Shown here: positions 60,587-64,000 of the stretch, one piece after another
How the letters are laid out: each line of letters begins with the position of its first letter
How positions within the stretch are numbered: position 1 is the first letter of the stretch
NCBI GenBank assembly: GCA_039024555.1
Contig: JBCCQQ010000001.1
Coordinates: 320,001-384,000, forward strand
Length of the DNA: 64,000 nucleotides
Reading direction: 5' to 3'
Origin: Cyanobacteria bacterium P01_D01_bin.156
GTDB lineage: Bacteria; Cyanobacteriota; Cyanobacteriia; Phormidesmidales; Phormidesmidaceae
Notes under the pieces: model-generated
What the model saw: only the letters and a program-made list of their open reading frames with translations
The model's database searches: none
What the model was told of the DNA's origin: nothing
Program-made: the position numbers and the translations under genes

Positions 60587-60629
60587 GGGCGAACGAGGGG
60601 ACTCGAACCCCCGAATGGTGGAACCACAA
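60587..60629 (-). tRNA. 3' half of tRNA-His(GTG), an attachment-site fragment rather than a complete tRNA
   Basis: The minus strand reads TTGTGGTTCCACCATTCGGGGGTTCGAGTCCCCTCGTTCGCCC (anticodon loop, T-arm GGTTCGA, acceptor 3' strand). No D-arm or acceptor 5' strand is adjacent. Confidence 0.85.
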
Positions 60630-60706
60630 GCCGTTTGTACTGATACGAGTTTGCAAGGGTTATAGCTATAGCCACTGCTATAACAGTGATTAACACTTAT
60701 AGTTTC

Positions 60707-60768
60707 TATGTACTATCATACAAAATAGTACATAAAGCTAGCCTAAAATTAGGCTAGTGGTTAGGCTA
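60707..60768. repeat. Inverted and direct repeats between the att core and the integrase (candidate arm-type sites)
   Basis: IR TATGTACTAT (60707-60716) / ATAGTACATA (60725-60734); TAGCCTAA at 60739 with TTAGGCTA at 60749 and 60761. Confidence 0.55.
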
Positions 60769-60777
60769 AAACCCTGA

Positions 60778-61872
60778 ATGGCTAAAAAATCACCGGCTGA
60801 TTTGCTGCAGGAAGCGAATCAGCGTTTGAAGGCTGGCAAGGTACCGGTGCGTATCGTGACCCAAGCCAAAACTGATCGATTGTACTTGCGAGCAACGCTG
60901 CCGCCAAAGTCGGATGCGACTAAGCAATATTCCCATCAGCAAAGGATTTCGCTGGGAGTCTACTGTAATCCAGCTGGGATTAAGCGAGCTGAAGCAGAAG
61001 CGCAAAAACTGAACCATGAGTTGATGTTGGATCAGTTTAATTGGTCCAACTGGCAAAAACGGAATCGCCCATTGCCAGTACAGACCGTGAATGATTGGTT
61101 GGCCGCTTTTGAGTCGGACTACTTCACGCGTCGGGAACGGAACGCCAAAAGTCAGACGACCTGGAATAAGGACTACGCATCACCCTTTAATCGATTACCA
61201 GCAGATGTGGAGTTGACTGCAGCCGTTTTAACGAAAACCGCTGAGAGCTATCCACCAGACACCCGGTCTAGAAAGCGGGCTTGTGATGCTTATAGTGCAT
61301 TAGCACGTTTTGCTGAGATTGAAATAGATCTCAAACCACTGCGGGGTAAGTATCGTCCGACGGCAGTGAGTAGAGAAGACGTCCCGAGCGACGAGCTGAT
61401 TTTGGAGTGGTGTCATCACATTCCCGATTCCAATTGGTTAAACTTCTACCGTCTGGTCGCCTGCTATGGGTTACGAAATCATGAAGCATTTCTCGTTGAT
61501 CTCGGGAAGCTCAAAACTGACCCGATTGCAACGGTGACGGGTGGCAAAACGGGCTATCGTGCTGTGGCCCTTCCGTGTCCAGTTGGCTGGTGGGAGTCTT
61601 GGTTTGAAGGACAAGACCTAACCCTACCGACCATTAACGCTCAAACGAATAGTCATTATGGCAATGTCAGTAGTCAGTACTTTCGCCGCTTAGAGCTGCC
61701 TTTCAGAATTTATGATTTGCGCCATGCCCATGCCGGACGTATGGCGATTAAAGGAATTGATCCTGCCATTGCGGCCAGATCTCAAGGCCATAGTCTAAAG
61801 GTGCATTCAGAGATCTACCTGAATTTTCTAGGAGCCGAGCAATTGCGTGGTCTGCTAGATGATTTGCGGTAA
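60778..61872 (+). CDS. Tyrosine recombinase / site-specific integrase
   Basis: N-terminal RLYLRATLPPK arm-binding-like region; catalytic YGLRNHE, K (GGKTG), YDLRH, QGHS and HSEIY. Confidence 0.92.
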   Translation: MAKKSPADLLQEANQRLKAGKVPVRIVTQAKTDRLYLRATLPPKSDATKQYSHQQRISLGVYCNPAGIKRAEAEAQKLNHELMLDQFNWSNWQKRNRPLPVQTVNDWLAAFESDYFTRRERNAKSQTTWNKDYASPFNRLPADVELTAAVLTKTAESYPPDTRSRKRACDAYSALARFAEIEIDLKPLRGKYRPTAVSREDVPSDELILEWCHHIPDSNWLNFYRLVACYGLRNHEAFLVDLGKLKTDPIATVTGGKTGYRAVALPCPVGWWESWFEGQDLTLPTINAQTNSHYGNVSSQYFRRLELPFRIYDLRHAHAGRMAIKGIDPAIAARSQGHSLKVHSEIYLNFLGAEQLRGLLDDLR

Positions 61873-61973
61873 TCCAAAGAGGCTTCAAGTTTTCCTGGTT
61901 GATTGGTTGCCCAGGTTGACTAAAAGGAACAAAGTCCTTGTCAAATCTAAGGGATGCCGCATTCAGTTCTATG

Positions 61974-62264
61974 TCACCCAGACTTTTTTACCTTATGTCT
62001 AGATGATTGTAACCACATAAACAGACCTGAAATAATCAGAGTTAAGAGTCCCAATGCGTTAAGAATAGGGTAAATAAACTCCAGGTTAATACTGCCAAAT
62101 TTGCCTCGATGTAACTCAAGCAGCCATAGAAAACCACTGGCACGACCGCCAGCAACCGCAAACTGAAACCCCATACCGGTGGTTAGCGTAAGTAATAAAG
62201 GGAAGGCAACGAAGGGAACTAACGCCCTATGGAGTTGGCGTAAACGAACTTGATTAATTGACAT
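61974..62264 (-). CDS. PepSY-associated TM-helix small membrane protein
   Basis: LRQLHR...PLLLTLTTG, LLELHRG and a second TM ending ISGLFMW. Confidence 0.75.
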   Translation of the reverse strand: MSINQVRLRQLHRALVPFVAFPLLLTLTTGMGFQFAVAGGRASGFLWLLELHRGKFGSINLEFIYPILNALGLLTLIISGLFMWLQSSRHKVKKSG

Positions 62265-62270
62265 TGTTGT

Positions 62271-62642
62271 TTACCGATGCCCCCTTTTCAAAGACAGTAA
62301 CAGAAATGGAGCTGCAATCATTAGTCCAAAGATGGATTCGCCAAAACCTAAAGAGAAACCATCGGCTAATTTAGCGGTTGATACTGTATGGAGGGGTGAA
62401 CCTGGGCTAGCTGGTACTGATTCGATCGCTGTGACACCCTCTGCAGGGTTTTGTTGTTTCTCCAGCTCTGCTGCATCATTGCTAGTCTCATCAGATGGCT
62501 GAGTTGTCTCCTCAATGTTGGCAGTTTCGGGTTCCGGAGAGTGAGAATGATTCGTATGGGCAAGCGCAGGCTGTGACTGACTGCTGTAGGCCAGCACTCC
62601 CCCCAGAAAAACTAATTGCAATTGAACCTTGTTGTGGGCCAT
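62271..62642 (-). CDS. His-tipped exported protein with C-terminal membrane anchor
   Basis: Leader ending ALA, mature N-terminus HTNHSH, acidic linker and a C-terminal TM followed by KRGHR. Confidence 0.65.
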   Translation of the reverse strand: MAHNKVQLQLVFLGGVLAYSSQSQPALAHTNHSHSPEPETANIEETTQPSDETSNDAAELEKQQNPAEGVTAIESVPASPGSPLHTVSTAKLADGFSLGFGESIFGLMIAAPFLLLSLKRGHR

Positions 62643-62672
62643 ATCGATTAATAGTAAATGAACTGAAAAGTA

Positions 62673-63515
62673 TTAGGTATTTTGACGTTTAGCAGGGAGT
62701 TTACGGTGACGAAGGTATAGCCCCACAACAGCCATAAGAATTGAGATAGCAGACAACATGTGAACGATATTGAATGCTGTTCCGGGGAAGAACCAGGAAT
62801 CGGTGCGTAGAAATTCAATAAAAAATCGTCCTAGCGGATACCAGATGAGATACATCAAGGCGATATCTCCGGGCTTCAGATTGTTTTGGAAGCGTCGAGA
62901 TAGCCAGAAAACAAGAAAAAAGCCGATAAAGTTCCAGAGCGATTCATACAAAAATAAGGAATGAAATCGGACACTTTCTGGGTATGCGCCAAGATTGTTA
63001 TAGGGGGCAAGGCGATGGGCCATATCAATCCGTAATCCCCAAGGAAGACTAGTCGGGGGACCATATAATTCTTGATTGATAAAGTTGCCCCAACGCGCAA
63101 TTGCTTGTCCTAAGGGCAGTCCTAACGCAATCCCATCTAGATAAGGCAGTGGATTCAAATTACGGAGTCGGGTGAATACCCACAATGCCAGTCCACCCGC
63201 TATAAATCCTCCAAAAATATGAATGCCACCGCTCCAAACTTTGAGGATCTCTCCTGAATTTTGTAAAAAGTAACCTAGCCCAGAGGCATCTCGCGGAGAC
63301 TGGACAAACACATAGTAGAGTCGTGCCCCGATAAACCCTGGGATTAGTATCCACAGCAGCATATCCCACAAATTATCAGGATCTTCTCCTCTACGGGCGA
63401 CCTCGCGACTGGCAACGATGGATGTAGCTAAAACGCCAGCTAACATCAGCACGCCATACCAACGGAGGGCGAAAGGTCCAATGGAAAAAATGATTGGATC
63501 AACTGGGGGGAACAT
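62673..63515 (-). CDS. lgt: Prolipoprotein diacylglyceryl transferase
   Basis: LRWYG, IGARLYYV, GQAIARWGNFINQELYG, FLYESLW and RFFIEFLRTD. Confidence 0.95.
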   Translation of the reverse strand: MFPPVDPIIFSIGPFALRWYGVLMLAGVLATSIVASREVARRGEDPDNLWDMLLWILIPGFIGARLYYVFVQSPRDASGLGYFLQNSGEILKVWSGGIHIFGGFIAGGLALWVFTRLRNLNPLPYLDGIALGLPLGQAIARWGNFINQELYGPPTSLPWGLRIDMAHRLAPYNNLGAYPESVRFHSLFLYESLWNFIGFFLVFWLSRRFQNNLKPGDIALMYLIWYPLGRFFIEFLRTDSWFFPGTAFNIVHMLSAISILMAVVGLYLRHRKLPAKRQNT

Positions 63516-63536
63516 ATCTTTAAGCTGAGGGCAATG

Positions 63537-64000
63537 CTATGAATGTTCTGAGAAAGTTGTTGTTGAACCATCTTTTTCAAACGCAAAGACTGTGTAGGGT
63601 TCAACATAGTTACCCGATTCCATGCCAGGAGAACCAATGGGCATCCCTGGTACGGCAATACCAGCAATATCCGGCTTTTCCATTAGCAGGCGAGCCACAT
63701 CTTCTGCAGGGATATGGCCTTCAACAACATAGCCATCTACGACAGTGGTATGGCAGGACTTTAGGTTGTCAGGCACACCGTACTGCTCTTTAATAGCCGT
63801 CATATCCTCCGTAATCTGGTCGTTCACTTGGAAGCCAGCGTCATGCATATGTTCAATCCACAGCCCACAACAGCCACATGTGGGACTGCGGAAGACATTG
63901 ATTTCGCTAGCCAGGGCCGCTTGGGAAATTGGTGCCGGTGCCGAAGCCAGAGCACAGCCGGTGATAATCAGGCTCATGGTGATTAGGGCAAGGCTCCCAA
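63537..64000 (-). CDS. DUF411/CopG-like metal-binding lipoprotein, probably 5'-truncated by the window edge
   Basis: SPTCGCC, SCHT, EGHIP and AVPGMPIGSPGME; ITGC lipobox. The frame stays open to the window end. Confidence 0.9.
   Translation of the reverse strand, partial: GSLALITMSLIITGCALASAPAPISQAALASEINVFRSPTCGCCGLWIEHMHDAGFQVNDQITEDMTAIKEQYGVPDNLKSCHTTVVDGYVVEGHIPAEDVARLLMEKPDIAGIAVPGMPIGSPGMESGNYVEPYTVFAFEKDGSTTTFSEHS

Larger units (their letters stand above)
60587..64000. mobile_element. End of an integrative element / genomic island at tRNA-His, continuing past the window
   Basis: tRNA 3' fragment, repeat-rich spacer, tyrosine integrase and metal-related cargo genes. Confidence 0.75.

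Noticed and set aside
60587..60680. Complete tRNA-His gene
   Set aside because: Similarity stops at the anticodon loop (60629). The adjacent sequence cannot form the D-arm or acceptor 5' strand, so this is an att fragment.
1..64000. CRISPR array or cas genes
   Set aside because: No run of equal-length direct repeats with unique spacers and no Cas-like ORF was seen. The repeats present are isolated palindromes.
60630..64000. Absence of HIP1 sites as proof of foreign origin of the island
   Set aside because: At roughly one site per 3 kb in this window, a 3.4-kb gap is not informative.

Overview
This is cyanobacterial chromosomal DNA. The evidence is about 20 HIP1 GCGATCGC octamers plus petM, ycf39, ycf46, a Hik2-type kinase and a TftA-like amidase; a filamentous Leptolyngbya-like lineage is my inference. 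Most of the window is core genome: glpX, hemA, msrB, gyrB, miaA, mutL, pntAB, the rpmH-rnpA-PH-yidC-jag-yceD-ycf46 block, an HtrA protease, petM, ycf39, ilvB and cell-wall enzymes. Four accessory blocks stand out. (1) 1-7799: a filamentous-haemagglutinin / TPR-CHAT / DUF928 / CHAT-CHASE2 cluster. It has a palindromic mini-element translated in frame inside the CHAT gene and a hairpin-sequestered Shine-Dalgarno. (2) 21278-25155, the best candidate for an undescribed system: a three-gene operon of a lipoxygenase, an atypical P450 lacking the O2-activating acid-alcohol pair, and an uncharacterised 183-aa protein. It looks like a self-contained bacterial oxylipin (fatty-acid hydroperoxide rearranging) pathway. 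(3) 32850-35834: a divergent-type sedoheptulose-7-phosphate cyclase (DDG-synthase/MysA-like) followed by a DxD putative glycosyltransferase instead of the usual mysB/mysC. (4) From about 60587: the edge of a tyrosine-integrase island at a tRNA-His 3' fragment, carrying metal-handling cargo. Other observations are a probable ATT start for mutL, an unlisted 58-aa membrane ORF, a HlyD-family pseudogene, and a family of dispersed palindromic repeats. All calls come from reading motifs by eye; no database searches were run.
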